Position numbers and translations under genes: made by a program
Notes under the pieces: generated by a model
What the model was told of the DNA's origin: nothing
The model's input: the letters and a program-made list of their open reading frames with translations, nothing else
The model's database searches: none
IMG/VR virus record: IMGVR_UViG_3300006851_000021
Location: 1 to 26,454 of that record
From: a virus
Taxonomy: Duplodnaviria; Caudoviricetes
Length of the DNA: 26,454 nucleotides
Strand: one strand, 5' to 3'
Part shown: in pieces, positions 26,093-26,454 of the stretch
Numbering within the stretch: position 1 is the stretch's first letter
Layout: every line of letters begins with the position of its first letter

Positions 26093-26454
26093 ATGAAGAT
26101 ACCCACCTTGAAGCCGTCCGTACCCCAAGCCACAACCCGCGCGCCACGGGTGCATAGCACGCCACGCCCGTCCGGCTACGCACTGCAGGCACAGCGTCAC
26201 AGACGCTGGCTGGTCGACCCCTACTGTGCAGGCTGCGGACGGCTGACGTTATGGCCCGATGGCTTCGAGCTGGACCATATCATGCCTCTGGCTATGGGCG
26301 GCTCACAGGCCGATAGCAACACGCAAATCCTGTGCGCGTGGGTGGATAGCGATGGCACCAAGAAAGGATGCCACGCGATCAAATCGGCGCACGAGGCGGG
26401 CGAAATGAGGCGGGGGGAGGTCAAAAACTTCGGGCGGACATCGACCGATGAAAC
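26093..26454 (+). CDS. HNH endonuclease, terminase-associated type (3' partial)
   Basis: Not in the ORF track because there is no stop in the window. PYCAGCGR...ELDHIMPLAMGG...NTQILC...GCHAIKS. Confidence 0.85.
   Translation, partial: MKIPTLKPSVPQATTRAPRVHSTPRPSGYALQAQRHRRWLVDPYCAGCGRLTLWPDGFELDHIMPLAMGGSQADSNTQILCAWVDSDGTKKGCHAIKSAHEAGEMRRGEVKNFGRTSTDE

Noticed and set aside
1-26454. CRISPR array, tRNA, IS element, or DGR/retron reverse transcriptase
   Set aside because: No regularly spaced repeats, cloverleaf, transposase or RT motifs were seen. The only evident duplications are the lipoprotein pair and the wHTH domain.

Overview
Right-hand part of a tailed dsDNA phage (siphovirus-type) genome. 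Plus strand: end of the tail chaperone, tape measure, Dit-like, DUF1833-like, NlpC/P60-like and central tail (J-like) genes. These are followed by a short tail-fibre adaptor, an AT-richer coupled cassette (beta-propeller-like, LamG-like and PhoD-family phosphatase genes) and the lysis genes. Minus strand: an HTH-metallophosphoesterase operon, VRR-NUC, helicase, SSB, YqaJ exonuclease, Sak4-like ATPase, two paralogous lipoproteins, a Prim-Pol primase and a wHTH/XRE protein. Next come an AT-rich probable origin, a ParB-N gene with a structured leader, small early genes and a terminase-type HNH gene running off the end near a probable cos site. No integrase, DNA polymerase, tRNA or CRISPR array is visible. 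The most unusual items are a signal-less PhoD-type enzyme in the receptor-binding slot of the tail module, a free copy of the primase C-terminal wHTH fused to an XRE HTH beside the probable origin, and an attenuator-like leader before parB-N. All family calls come from motif recognition by eye; no searches were run.
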